This document shows, in pieces, positions 7,679 to 16,553 of a stretch of DNA of 42,614 nucleotides (the first letter of the stretch is position 1; each line of letters starts with the position of its first letter). The translations under genes were made by a program, and so were the position numbers. The DNA is taken from NCBI GenBank assembly GCA_964428465.1, contig CAYRYG010000002.1:1-42614 (forward strand). Direction: 5' to 3'. This stretch comes from an uncultured Gammaproteobacteria bacterium. Its GTDB lineage: Bacteria > Patescibacteriota > Patescibacteriia > UBA9934 > GWF2-40-263. The notes beneath the pieces are model-generated. The model saw only the letters and a program-made list of their open reading frames with translations, searched no databases and had not been told where the DNA came from.

Positions 7679-9460
7679 ATGAGACAGGCAACGATCCGCG
7701 ACGTGCTCACGGTATTTTGGCAGCACACTCGCAAATATAAAGGGAGGGCTTTTTTGATTCTGACGTTCGTCGCCGTCAGCGTTGGGCTCGAGTCGCTGCA
7801 GCCATGGTTTCTCAAACGACTGTTTGATCTGCTGGAACAAAACGCGCCGACCACGGCGACGATCGCGATCTTCCTGCCGGTCATCCTCCTGCTGTTCGCC
7901 GCGAAATCCGTCGCGTGGCTGTGCTGGCGTCTCATGGCCGTCCTCAACAACCGGTTCCAACCGGCGGTCATGAGGGACCTGGAACGGTCCGCGTTCGAAT
8001 ATCTGCTCGGGCATTCCCATCAGTTCTTCGTCGACAACTTCGCCGGCTCGCTCGTGAAGCGCGTCGGGCGCCTCTCCCGCGCGTTCGAGCGCCTCGCCGA
8101 CGAGGTTACCTTTCGGTTCGTCCCCGTCACCATCGTGCTCGCGAGCGGGTTCGTCGGCCTCGCCCTGCAATACCCGATCCTCGCCGCCATCTTCATCGCC
8201 TGGACGGCCGCGTACCTCGCGTTCAACTGGTGGGCGTCCAAGTGGGCGGTCGCGATCGACATCGAGCGGGCGCGACTCGACTCCGAGAAGGGGGGCGCGC
8301 TCGCGGACGCAATTTCCAACGCCGTTACCATCAAGCTTTTCCCGTCGGTCCACTACGAGACCGGGCGCTTCGACGAGGCGCTGGCCCGCTTCTCCCGCGC
8401 GCAAACCCGCAGCTGGGACCGACACGAATGGATCTTCGCCATCCAGGCCGGCCTCATGATCGCCATTGATACCGTGCTCATGGCCATCGGCGTCATGCTC
8501 TGGCTGAGGGGGTCGCTGACGCTCGGCGACCTCGCGTTCATCCAGTCCTATCTCGTGCTCGTGTTCGCGAAGCTCTGGGAAGTCGCGCGCTCCTTCCGCC
8601 ACGTGTTCGATTCCATGGCCGACGGCAAGGAGATGGTGGAGATCATGCGCCTTCCGCACTCGGTCAGGGACAGAAGAAACGCGCGGGCGCTACGGGTGCG
8701 GCGCGGGAAGATCGACTTCAAGGACGTCTGGTTCGGCTTCGGGAGGCGTCCGATCCTCGAGCGGTTCTCGCTCAGCATCCGGCCGGGACAGAAGATCGCG
8801 CTCGTCGGCCCGTCCGGCGCGGGGAAGTCGACCATCACCAAGATCCTGTTCCGGTTCTTCGACGTCCGGGAGGGGAAGATCCTCATCGACGGCCAGGACG
8901 TCGCGGGCGTCACGCAGGACAGCCTGCGCGAGAACGTCTCGCTCGTGCCGCAGGAGCCGGTGCTGTTCCACCGGACGCTCATGGAAAACATCCGCTACGG
9001 CCGGCGCGATGCCACGGACGAGGAGGTGATCGAGGCGGCGCGGCGCGCGCACTGCGATGAGTTCATCAGCTCGCTCACGCACGGGTACGACACGTTTGTC
9101 GGCGAGCGCGGGGTGAAGCTGTCGGGCGGCGAGCGGCAGCGCGTGGCCATCGCGCGGGCCATCCTCAAGAACGCGCCGATCCTCGTGCTCGACGAGGCCA
9201 CGAGCTCGCTCGACTCCGAGTCCGAGGCGCTCATCCAGGACGCGCTGCGCGAGCTCATGCGCGACAAGACGGTCATCGTCATCGCCCACCGGCTGTCCAC
9301 CATCATGGAGATGGACCGCATCGTGGTCATCGAGCAGGGCCGCGTCGCCTCGACCGGAACGCACCGCGAGCTCTTGCGCGAAAAGGGAACATACTCCAAG
9401 CTATGGAATATCCAGGCAGGCGGCTTCGCGGAAGACCACGCCCGCCGGGTAACCCACTAA
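7679..9460 (+). CDS. ABC transporter, fused permease/ATPase (MsbA-like exporter)
   Basis: 593 aa. Six-helix TM domain, then Walker A GPSGAGKST, signature LSGGERQRVAIARA, Walker B ILVLDEATSSLD and H-loop IAHRLST. Confidence 0.93.
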   Translation: MRQATIRDVLTVFWQHTRKYKGRAFLILTFVAVSVGLESLQPWFLKRLFDLLEQNAPTTATIAIFLPVILLLFAAKSVAWLCWRLMAVLNNRFQPAVMRDLERSAFEYLLGHSHQFFVDNFAGSLVKRVGRLSRAFERLADEVTFRFVPVTIVLASGFVGLALQYPILAAIFIAWTAAYLAFNWWASKWAVAIDIERARLDSEKGGALADAISNAVTIKLFPSVHYETGRFDEALARFSRAQTRSWDRHEWIFAIQAGLMIAIDTVLMAIGVMLWLRGSLTLGDLAFIQSYLVLVFAKLWEVARSFRHVFDSMADGKEMVEIMRLPHSVRDRRNARALRVRRGKIDFKDVWFGFGRRPILERFSLSIRPGQKIALVGPSGAGKSTITKILFRFFDVREGKILIDGQDVAGVTQDSLRENVSLVPQEPVLFHRTLMENIRYGRRDATDEEVIEAARRAHCDEFISSLTHGYDTFVGERGVKLSGGERQRVAIARAILKNAPILVLDEATSSLDSESEALIQDALRELMRDKTVIVIAHRLSTIMEMDRIVVIEQGRVASTGTHRELLREKGTYSKLWNIQAGGFAEDHARRVTH

Positions 9461-9472
9461 CGCGGGACGCCT

Positions 9473-10192
9473 ATGCTCGCCCTTATCGTCGTCCTTCCGA
9501 TCCTGTTCACGATACTCTTCTACGCCGTGCCGTTCGGCGACCAGGAAACGGCAAAGCAGTTCGTCTCCGTCGCAACCTTTATCTTCGCCATCTTTACCGG
9601 GTTCTTCATTGCCCGGCAGGGTCGGCGCTATGACGACATCATCAAGACGCTCACCCAGTTCGACGGGAACGTGTCGGCGCTCTACCGGCTGCTGGGACAT
9701 CTCGGACCGAAGCCCCGGGAAAAAATGGTCGTGGCCATCAGGGCCTACTACGACCCCCTGCTCAAGCGCCATGACTGGAGCTACAATCTCACGCACAAGT
9801 CGTCGCTCATGACCTCGACCCACGCGATTCTCGACGAGATCCCGCCGGACGAGAAGCTCTCCGACGTCCAGCGCGCCGGCATCATGCGCATCCTGACGGC
9901 CCTGGATGCCATGCAGGGACTGCGAAAGCTGCTGGTCGCGCTGTACGAGGAGCGGATTCCGCGCTTCCAGTGGATCCTGATCGCCGCCCTCGCCGCGCTC
10001 CTCCTCGCGACGATCTCGACCCTCCCGTCCGCGGGCGAATGGTTTGCCTCGATGGTCAAGGCGGCTTCCGTGACCGCGATTCTCCTCGTCGTCTACATGC
10101 TCTGGGCGCTCGATCGGCTCCGGTTCTTTGCCGGGTCCATCGGGGAACATAGCGCCAATGACGTCTTAAATATCCTCTCGGGAAAAAAATAA
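9473..10192 (+). CDS. integral membrane protein (DUF4239-like, tentative)
   Basis: 239 aa. Two N-terminal and two C-terminal hydrophobic helices flank a soluble segment. Tightly follows the ABC gene. Confidence 0.65.
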   Translation: MLALIVVLPILFTILFYAVPFGDQETAKQFVSVATFIFAIFTGFFIARQGRRYDDIIKTLTQFDGNVSALYRLLGHLGPKPREKMVVAIRAYYDPLLKRHDWSYNLTHKSSLMTSTHAILDEIPPDEKLSDVQRAGIMRILTALDAMQGLRKLLVALYEERIPRFQWILIAALAALLLATISTLPSAGEWFASMVKAASVTAILLVVYMLWALDRLRFFAGSIGEHSANDVLNILSGKK

Positions 10193-10196
10193 CCGA

Positions 10197-10352
10197 ATGC
10201 CTATGAACTGCCCAAATTGCGGAGCGTCGATGTACCGAGACCACACGGGCGTGAATCATGCCTCGGACGGCGTCACCTATGACCAGGTCGCCTACCACTG
10301 CACGGCGGACAACTGGTGGGTCACGGTCGAGTCGCCGCAGGAGGCATCGTAA
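10197..10352 (+). CDS. small (51 aa) CxxC-containing protein
   Basis: My own translation (too short for the track): MPMNCPNCGASMYRDHTGVNHASDGVTYDQVAYHCTADNWWVTVESPQEAS. It starts 5 nt after the previous stop. Only a half zinc-ribbon motif is visible. Confidence 0.3.
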   Translation: MPMNCPNCGASMYRDHTGVNHASDGVTYDQVAYHCTADNWWVTVESPQEAS

Positions 10353-10426
10353 GGCCATCGCCCGGGTTGACAATCCGGGCGATTTTTGTTACGTTCCCGC
10401 GGTCCTTCGGGACAAGGAGTTCACCG

Positions 10427-11611
10427 ATGCACCACCGCATCCTCGCGCTGTTCGTGGCCCTCTGGCTCTTCGCCGGACCCGCGCTCGCCCAGACCCCCAC
10501 CGTGGACCTGTACGCCGTGAAGGCACAGGTCGAGGCCATGAACGCGGCCGCCGAGCGCGGCACCATCACCCGCGCCCAGTCGGACGAGGAGGTGAAGGCC
10601 ATCCTCGCGGACACCGAGTCCGTCCTCGGCCGCGCCGTGACGCTCCAGGAGCTCGCGGCCACGCAAGGCCCGACCCCCGTGAGCGCGGAGCTCACTTGGC
10701 TGCAGAAGGCCGCCGGGCTCATGACGTTCGCCAACACGCTGATGGCGCTGACGGCCATCGCCGGCACGGCGGCGTTCCTCTTCCTCTTCGGCCGGCTCAT
10801 CGCGGAACTGCTGAAGGTGTTCGTGGAGATCCCGGCGATCGTGTACGAGAGCGCGCTCATCCTGGGCGGCATCGGGCTCACCGTCTTCGCCGCGACGCTC
10901 GCGGAGGGGACCGCCGGCTCGGTGGCCCTGGTCGGCGCGCTGCTGTACGGCGTCGGGTTCGTCTGGACCGTGCTGCGCCACACGGAAGACTGGAAGCTGA
11001 GCGGCACCGCGCTCGGGGCCATCCTCGCCGTGGCGTGGGGCGTCACCGCGGCCGCGTTCGACAGCCAGCTTGTCGGCGCGTTCTCGGTGGCGGCGCTCAT
11101 GTCGGCGTTCGGGTTCTCCGCGCTGTTCGTGCCCGGCCTCATCGCCGTCGGGTTCGAGAGCGACGCGGCCGTCCCGCGCGCGACCCTCGCGGCGTTCCTC
11201 GCGCTCGGCCTGTTCGTGGGCGCGCAGGCGGCCGGCATCTCGACCGAGCACGTCGACGCGTTCCGCGCGGGCGCGCTGTACGTCGGCGGGTTCGTCGGCT
11301 ACCTCGGCGTGCTGATCATCGGCTCCAAGTGGTACGCGCGCGACGCGGGCTACGTCCTCTGCCAGGTCCCCGCGGTCGTCGCGGGCATCGGGGCAATCTA
11401 CCTCGGCTCCGTGCTCGGCATCCCGGAGCTGCAGAAGATGGGCGGGACGCTGTTCGTCCTCTACCTCATGGAGAAGCCGTTCGAGATCCCGGCCGAGAGC
11501 CTGACCGCCTACGCGGCGATCACGCTCGTGGTGTGCGGCATCATCTACGGCGCCGGCATGTGGGTGAACGCGAACCTCGACGTCGCGGCCCCGTACCTGC
11601 TGTTCGTCTAG
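10427..11611 (+). CDS. multi-pass membrane protein with signal peptide
   Basis: The internal ATG at 10427 is preceded by AAGGAG (10414-10419). MHHRILALFVALWLFAGPALA/QT is a signal peptide, followed by about 9 hydrophobic helices. A TTGACA promoter lies at 10364-10369. Confidence 0.75.
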   Translation: MHHRILALFVALWLFAGPALAQTPTVDLYAVKAQVEAMNAAAERGTITRAQSDEEVKAILADTESVLGRAVTLQELAATQGPTPVSAELTWLQKAAGLMTFANTLMALTAIAGTAAFLFLFGRLIAELLKVFVEIPAIVYESALILGGIGLTVFAATLAEGTAGSVALVGALLYGVGFVWTVLRHTEDWKLSGTALGAILAVAWGVTAAAFDSQLVGAFSVAALMSAFGFSALFVPGLIAVGFESDAAVPRATLAAFLALGLFVGAQAAGISTEHVDAFRAGALYVGGFVGYLGVLIIGSKWYARDAGYVLCQVPAVVAGIGAIYLGSVLGIPELQKMGGTLFVLYLMEKPFEIPAESLTAYAAITLVVCGIIYGAGMWVNANLDVAAPYLLFV

Positions 11612-11650
11612 TCCCGTCCCGGGACTTTTTTCATACAAAAAATCCGCCAC

Positions 11651-12046
11651 CTACGGGGACGGAAGAAGGACGTCGGCGCACTCGCGGCGCATGGCGCGGA
11701 CGTTGAGCGCGCGGAGACCGCGGTAGCGGCGGGGGACCCCGTCGGCGGCGCGCAGGAGATCGTCGGCCTCGACGGCGAGGCGGACGGATTCCTCGGCCAT
11801 CCAGAGCGAGCGCGCGTCGAGCGCGTCACTCACGAGGTACGGCCCGGCCGTCGCGTAGCTTCCCGCGAACTCCTCGATCACCGCGACGTCGTTCGCGAAC
11901 GGGTCATACGCGCCGGTCAGCTCGACGTACGCGTCGATGACGAGCCAGTTGAGCGCGGCCTGGACGCGATACGCGTCCGCGAGGTCGCGCGGCGAGCGCA
12001 CGGCGGCGCACAGCTGCGCGACGGCGAGAAGCGCGTAGGGGCTCAT
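11651..12046 (-). CDS. hypothetical protein (131 aa)
   Basis: I use the start at MSPYALLAVAQLCAAV..., because the upstream part of track ORF 11651-12391 is Arg/Pro-rich out-of-frame read-through of the neighbouring gene. ATGA start/stop overlap with the lipoprotein gene at 12043-12046. Confidence 0.5.
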   Translation of the reverse strand: MSPYALLAVAQLCAAVRSPRDLADAYRVQAALNWLVIDAYVELTGAYDPFANDVAVIEEFAGSYATAGPYLVSDALDARSLWMAEESVRLAVEADDLLRAADGVPRRYRGLRALNVRAMRRECADVLLPSP

Positions 12047-12360
12047 TGGCGGGCGACCGGCTGGGTCGCGGGAAGCTTGTGACGCTCGACGAACTCGACG
12101 ACGAGGCGGTCCTCCCGCGTCGGATCGACGATCACGCCGATGGGCACGGCCTCGAAGTTCTGGAGATGCGTCCGGCCCGAGTGGCGGTCGAAGCAGGCGA
12201 CGGTCACGTCGGATGTCCCGCCCGAGACGATGTCCACGATGATGTGCGGGCAGTCCGACGGAACCCGCACGGTCACCGTCTCCCCATGCGGCACGGAAGG
12301 GGGTTCTGGCGGTGGCGGCGGTGGCGCCGCGGTCGCGCAGGCGAGTAGGAACGCGAGCAT
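12043..12360 (-). CDS. small lipoprotein (105 aa)
   Basis: MLAFLLAC lipobox, then a Pro-rich tether (AAPPPPPPEPP) and a small beta-type domain. Confidence 0.5.
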   Translation of the reverse strand: MLAFLLACATAAPPPPPPEPPSVPHGETVTVRVPSDCPHIIVDIVSGGTSDVTVACFDRHSGRTHLQNFEAVPIGVIVDPTREDRLVVEFVERHKLPATQPVARQ

Positions 12361-12402
12361 GGCGCCTCCGGGACAGACCGTATCGGATCATGCGGATTGC
12401 GT

Positions 12403-12437
12403 CAAACGAAAACGGACGGGTGCGAATCCCGTCCGTT
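12403..12437 (-). terminator. intrinsic terminator after lipoprotein gene 12447-12983
   Basis: AACGGACGGG-tgcgaat-CCCGTCCGTT with a T-rich tail on the minus strand. Confidence 0.6.
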
Positions 12438-12446
12438 CCTCTCGTC

Positions 12447-12983
12447 CTACTCGACCGACAGCGTCGCCTCGACCGCCTTCCGGGCGACGTCGCATCCGAC
12501 GTCCCGGTCGTCCGCGGCGTATCCGCTCCCGCAGCTGCCCGAGAACAGAAGCGTGCTTGTCCCGGCCTCGACCGGATACAGGCCGCCGCCCACCGCGCAG
12601 ATGTCGAAGTCCCGCTTGAAGCTCTCCGTCGACCCGTAGGCCGGCGCGTTCGGCATCACCGTGACCGTCCACGAGGCCGGGCTCCCGTAATCGCCGACGG
12701 CCGCGAACGCATACTGCCTGGCCGACATCCCCGCGAACAGGTTCTCAATGTCCAGGTAGTATTCCGGCGCCCGGGCGTATCCGCATTCCGTCGCCTGGGC
12801 GAGAAGCGCGTCCGCGTCCACGAGACCGGCCGCGCCGACGGTCGATTCCGTTACCGTGACGCTCCCGTCGGAGGGAAGAACGTACGTCAGCTCGGGCGCG
12901 ACCGGCGCGGCCGGACCGCCGGCCGAACATCCGGCCCCGAGAAGAGTAAGGGCAATACCCGCGCCGACCAGTACGTCTCGCAT
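12447..12983 (-). CDS. lipoprotein (178 aa)
   Basis: Start chosen at MRDVLVGAGIALTLLGAGC (lipobox LLGAGC). The upstream part of track ORF 12447-13259 is Arg/Ser-rich junk overlapping the next gene. Confidence 0.6.
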   Translation of the reverse strand: MRDVLVGAGIALTLLGAGCSAGGPAAPVAPELTYVLPSDGSVTVTESTVGAAGLVDADALLAQATECGYARAPEYYLDIENLFAGMSARQYAFAAVGDYGSPASWTVTVMPNAPAYGSTESFKRDFDICAVGGGLYPVEAGTSTLLFSGSCGSGYAADDRDVGCDVARKAVEATLSVE

Positions 12984-13047
12984 ATCCGTGGAAGAAAAGA
13001 ATGATGGGACCATCATGCCAGACATGCGCGCGGGCCGCAACGCGGAG

Positions 13048-13269
13048 CTAGTAGTCGTACGGGTCTGACGGCGCCGGCTCCGACGGTTCCTCCTGGACCG
13101 GCGCCGGGATGTTGATCTCGACGCTCCCGCCCTCGGACGGCTGGGGTTCCTCCTGAGGCCGCAGCATCGGCAGCGCGTAGACGACGAACGCGATCGCAAG
13201 CGCCGCGATGACCAGGATGGCGACGATCGCGACGATGCTGTTATTTCCGGATGATTCACCGTTTGGCAT
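13048..13269 (-). CDS. small single-pass membrane protein (73 aa)
   Basis: MPNGESSGNNSIVAIVAILVIAALAIAFVVYAL, followed by an acidic Pro/Glu-rich tail. Confidence 0.45.
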   Translation of the reverse strand: MPNGESSGNNSIVAIVAILVIAALAIAFVVYALPMLRPQEEPQPSEGGSVEINIPAPVQEEPSEPAPSDPYDY

Positions 13270-13279
13270 AGCGCGATGG

Positions 13280-13525
13280 TTACGCCGCCTTATGGATCGC
13301 CTTCACGATGGCGAGGAACACGATCGCGCCGATGAGAGACATGAGGATGTCCCCGATCGTGCTGCGGGGAAACACCCCGACGACGCCGAACAGCAAACCG
13401 CCGACGACGCCGCCGATGACGCCGATGACGATATCCGCGACGACGCCGTATCCGCGCCCGCGGATCAACACGCCCGCCAGCCAGCCGACGACGAGGCCGG
13501 TGAGCAAAAACCAAACGATGGACAT
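13280..13525 (-). CDS. GlsB/YeaQ/YmgE-family (transglycosylase-associated) membrane protein
   Basis: MSIVWFLLTGLVVGWLAGVLIRGRGYGVVADIVIGVIGGVVGGLLFG.... Characteristic Gly-zipper repeats and 81-aa size. Confidence 0.85.
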   Translation of the reverse strand: MSIVWFLLTGLVVGWLAGVLIRGRGYGVVADIVIGVIGGVVGGLLFGVVGVFPRSTIGDILMSLIGAIVFLAIVKAIHKAA

Positions 13526-13627
13526 ACGCTGCAAGGTACGTGAGTTAGGATACACACAGTATCCCGTCGGATGACATCGGCGTCAAATGAAAAAACCGGC
13601 AGGCACGGGGCCATACCGGGAGGGCCG

Positions 13628-15427
13628 CTACTGCGGCGCGGCGAGCGGCTGCTCGGACGCGATGGCGTCCGCGCGGCGCTGCATGTCGGAGACGCGGGTG
13701 GTGACCGCGAGGTTCTGGAAGCGCTCCACGGGCACCACGGTCTCCTCGGTGTCCAGGAAGCCGACCATCACCTCGTCGCCCGCGCGCGTGAGCGGGAGCT
13801 CGGGCGACACGTCGCTCGTGCCGCTGTACACCCGCGGGTCGCCCGCCACGGTGAACAGGTACGTGGTGGTGCCGCCGCGCACGTCGGTCGCGAACCGGTC
13901 GACGATGGCCTGGACGCTCGCCTCGGCGGACGCGTCCTCGGCCACCACGCGGTCGCCGCTCTCGGCCATCTTGCGGCGGTACTCCGCGAGCGCCTGGCCC
14001 ACGGTCTCGCCGAGCGCCACCTTCGACGCGTCGGCGCTCACGATGGCGATGCGCTGGGGCACGCCCGACGTGTTCACCACCGGGACGATCCAGGCGAGGC
14101 GCCCGTACACGTTCTCGGGGATGGGCGGGGTGGGGACCCAGTCCTTGTAGTTCGACACCGCGCTCTGCACGGCGCCGGCCACGTCGCCCTCGTCGGCCGC
14201 GCCGTCGACCCGGTACTCGCGCACCCGGCCGGTCCGCGAGTCCATGAGCGCGACGGAGACGAGCGCCTGGTCCGTCGACTTGGTGCTCGTCATGCCGGTG
14301 AACCAGCAGGCGCGGCCGTCGTTGGTCCACACCAGGCTGAGGTCGGCGTCGGTCGGCGCGATCACGTCGCGCTCGCCCCACCAGGAGTTCACCCATCCCT
14401 TCACGTACCCGCCATACCACGTAAGCCGGGCGTACGCCTCGCTCTCGGGCATGATGCGGTCGATCCAGGCGGGCAGCTCCCCGAGGGAGTACTCCGTCAT
14501 CTCGCCCGTCTCCGGGTTGACGACGAGCGCGCCCACCGGGTCGGCGCCGCCGTAGCCGATCTCCAGGTCGTAGCGGGTGTAGACGTAGAACGGGTTGCCC
14601 TCGTCGTCCACTTCGAAGGTGGGATCCTCGAGGCCCTTGGCGAGGTACCCGCTCGTGACCACGTGGCGCCACAGGTTGTCGCCGAAGTACGCGCTGTCGA
14701 GGTACTTCAGCTTGCGGTCGGACACGAGCTGCGGCTCGCGGTTGGGATCCTCGGCGGACACCATCACGAAGCCGGGCGTGTAGTCCGCCGACTGCCAGAC
14801 CGAGAAGCCCTGGTACTCGAGCGGGGCGATCCACACGAGCTCGCCCTGGAGCTTCTGGATGCTGTACTCGCCGATCTTGAAGCGGCTGCCGATCGCGCCG
14901 CCTTCCACCTGGGACAGGGCCTTGTTGCCCTTCCAGATGGCCTGAGACATGGACACCTGGCGCAGGTGCGCCGGGTCGATGGCCGAGAAGTCCCGGTCCC
15001 AAACGCCCTGCTCGATGTCCTTCGCGACGAACGCGCGGTACTCGGTGTCGTGCAGCGCCGCGCTCGTGGTCGTGAAGTTCACCAGGCCGACGAACGCGAC
15101 GGTCAGGACGACGCTGATGAACGCGATCTTGCCGGCCGCCATGTGGCCGTCCAGGTCGTCGCGGTGGTACCCGCCGAACTCCGCCGCCAGGACGGCCTGG
15201 CCGCCGAAGCGGACGCACGTCACGAGAAGCGCCGTGCCCATGAGCACGTGGAGGCTGATCCCGCCGAGCGGGCCGATCAGCTGGAACGGGAACGCCCAGG
15301 CGACCAGGCTCCAGAGGAGGGCGGTGCCCACGAGCCACGAGAGGAAGCGGGGGACGCCCACGCGGGCGAGCAGCACCGGCCAGGAGCCGGCGAGCGCGAC
15401 GAGCGCGCCCATGAGGAAAAAGGTCAT
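13628..15427 (-). CDS. membrane protein with about 5 N-terminal TM helices and a large extracytoplasmic domain (599 aa)
   Basis: The ATG at 15427 is preceded by GAAGGAGAAC. Natural amino-acid composition, whereas both overlapping frames are Arg/Gly/Pro-rich shadows. No family recognised. Confidence 0.8.
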   Translation of the reverse strand: MTFFLMGALVALAGSWPVLLARVGVPRFLSWLVGTALLWSLVAWAFPFQLIGPLGGISLHVLMGTALLVTCVRFGGQAVLAAEFGGYHRDDLDGHMAAGKIAFISVVLTVAFVGLVNFTTTSAALHDTEYRAFVAKDIEQGVWDRDFSAIDPAHLRQVSMSQAIWKGNKALSQVEGGAIGSRFKIGEYSIQKLQGELVWIAPLEYQGFSVWQSADYTPGFVMVSAEDPNREPQLVSDRKLKYLDSAYFGDNLWRHVVTSGYLAKGLEDPTFEVDDEGNPFYVYTRYDLEIGYGGADPVGALVVNPETGEMTEYSLGELPAWIDRIMPESEAYARLTWYGGYVKGWVNSWWGERDVIAPTDADLSLVWTNDGRACWFTGMTSTKSTDQALVSVALMDSRTGRVREYRVDGAADEGDVAGAVQSAVSNYKDWVPTPPIPENVYGRLAWIVPVVNTSGVPQRIAIVSADASKVALGETVGQALAEYRRKMAESGDRVVAEDASAEASVQAIVDRFATDVRGGTTTYLFTVAGDPRVYSGTSDVSPELPLTRAGDEVMVGFLDTEETVVPVERFQNLAVTTRVSDMQRRADAIASEQPLAAPQ

Positions 15428-15504
15428 GTTCTCCTTCGTCACCGGCCCCATGCCGGCGGACGCGGAATATACCAAAAAACGGCCCGATTGTCAACCGTTT
15501 TCGG

Positions 15505-16482
15505 CTAACGAACCAGGGCCGTTGTCACGAGGTCCACCGCGAGCTCCGCGTCGAGGTAGCCGGACTTCATGCCGGCGTCATACTTGAACAGAAGGTCGTG
15601 CGTGGCGCGCAGGTCGTCGAGGGTGAATTTGCGGGCCTGGTCGAGCGACTTCTGCGCGACGAACGGGTGGATGCCCATATCCTGCGCGAACTGGATACTG
15701 GATACTGGATACTGGATACTGGCATCCAGTGCCGCGCGGGCGCCGAGCAGGATGCGAACCTGCCGGGCGAGCATCCCGAAGATGGAGAAATCCGACGCGC
15801 CGGACCAGCGTTCCTGTTGGAGCAGCCTGACGGCCTTCGCCGCCTCCTTCCGGCTCACCGCGTCCACGAGCGCGAAGATCTCCCCCTCGAACGACGCGCG
15901 CACCAATTCCTCGATCATCCCTTTTGTAATAGGCGGGGTCCCCGCACCCCGCCGCGCATACGCCACGAGCTTCCCGATCTCGTTGTCCATCTGCCACAGG
16001 TCGCCTCCCACGCGCTCGGCCAGCTCGCGCGCCGCGTCCGCCGCGATCTGCCCGCCGCGCGCCCGCACGCGCTCCGACGTCCACTTCACGAGCTCCGTTC
16101 CCTCGAGCACGGGAAACGGATACGCGTGCACGTCCGCCCCCTTCTTGAGCGCCTGGAACAGCCCCTTCTTCTCAACCGCCTTCGGCTCCGCGGTTTCCCA
16201 CAGCACCACGATCGACGAGTCCGGCACGCGCGCGAGCGGCGCCCACGTGTCCTCGCCGTCCTTCTTCGTGTTCGAGATCAGGTCGCGGATCACCACCATG
16301 CGCTTCTGCGACATGAACGGCAGGGAACCCACCGCCTGCAGCACGTCGCCCGGCGAGGCAATCGCCCCGAACGACGCGAAGTTCAACCCCGTCGGGTCGT
16401 GCTTCTGCGTGAACGCCGCCCGCAGGACCTTCACCTTCTCCTGCACGCGGAACGTGTCGTCGCCGTAGACGAGAATCAGCAT
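15505..16482 (-). CDS. holA: DNA polymerase III subunit delta
   Basis: 325 aa. MLILVYGDDTFRV...PFMSQKRMVVIRD...GDLWQMDNEIGKLVAY..., the typical HolA N-terminal and helical domains. Confidence 0.85.
   Translation of the reverse strand: MLILVYGDDTFRVQEKVKVLRAAFTQKHDPTGLNFASFGAIASPGDVLQAVGSLPFMSQKRMVVIRDLISNTKKDGEDTWAPLARVPDSSIVVLWETAEPKAVEKKGLFQALKKGADVHAYPFPVLEGTELVKWTSERVRARGGQIAADAARELAERVGGDLWQMDNEIGKLVAYARRGAGTPPITKGMIEELVRASFEGEIFALVDAVSRKEAAKAVRLLQQERWSGASDFSIFGMLARQVRILLGARAALDASIQYPVSSIQFAQDMGIHPFVAQKSLDQARKFTLDDLRATHDLLFKYDAGMKSGYLDAELAVDLVTTALVR
15691..15722. repeat. heptanucleotide tandem repeat (CTGGATA)x4 plus a partial fifth unit, inside holA
   Basis: Read directly: ctggata ctggata ctggata ctggata ctgg. 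It encodes ...SIQYPVSSIQ... on the minus strand. Confidence 0.95.
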
Positions 16483-16520
16483 ACTGGCGGCATCTTACCC
16501 CGTGCTTCCAAGAATGACAA

Positions 16521-16553
16521 AAACAAAAAATCCCCCGTCAGGATGACGGGGGG
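16521..16553 (-). terminator. intrinsic terminator of the 974-aa gene
   Basis: Minus strand reads CCCCCGTCA-tcc-TGACGGGGG then TTTTTTGTTTTT. The stem contains the last codons and the TGA stop (LPPSS*). Confidence 0.75.

Noticed and set aside
11651-12391. The full 246-aa track ORF as a single gene.
   Set aside because: The N-terminal 115 residues are Arg/Pro/Asp-rich and overlap the better-supported lipoprotein gene 12043-12360 in another frame. An internal ATG forming an ATGA overlap gives a sensible 131-aa protein.
15691-15722. Tandem repeats (the heptamer in holA, the (GCC)n tract at 60-130, and the pgeF palindromes) as a possible CRISPR array.
   Set aside because: The units are 3-7 nt or single palindromes without regularly spaced unique spacers. 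No repeat-spacer periodicity or cas genes are present in the window.
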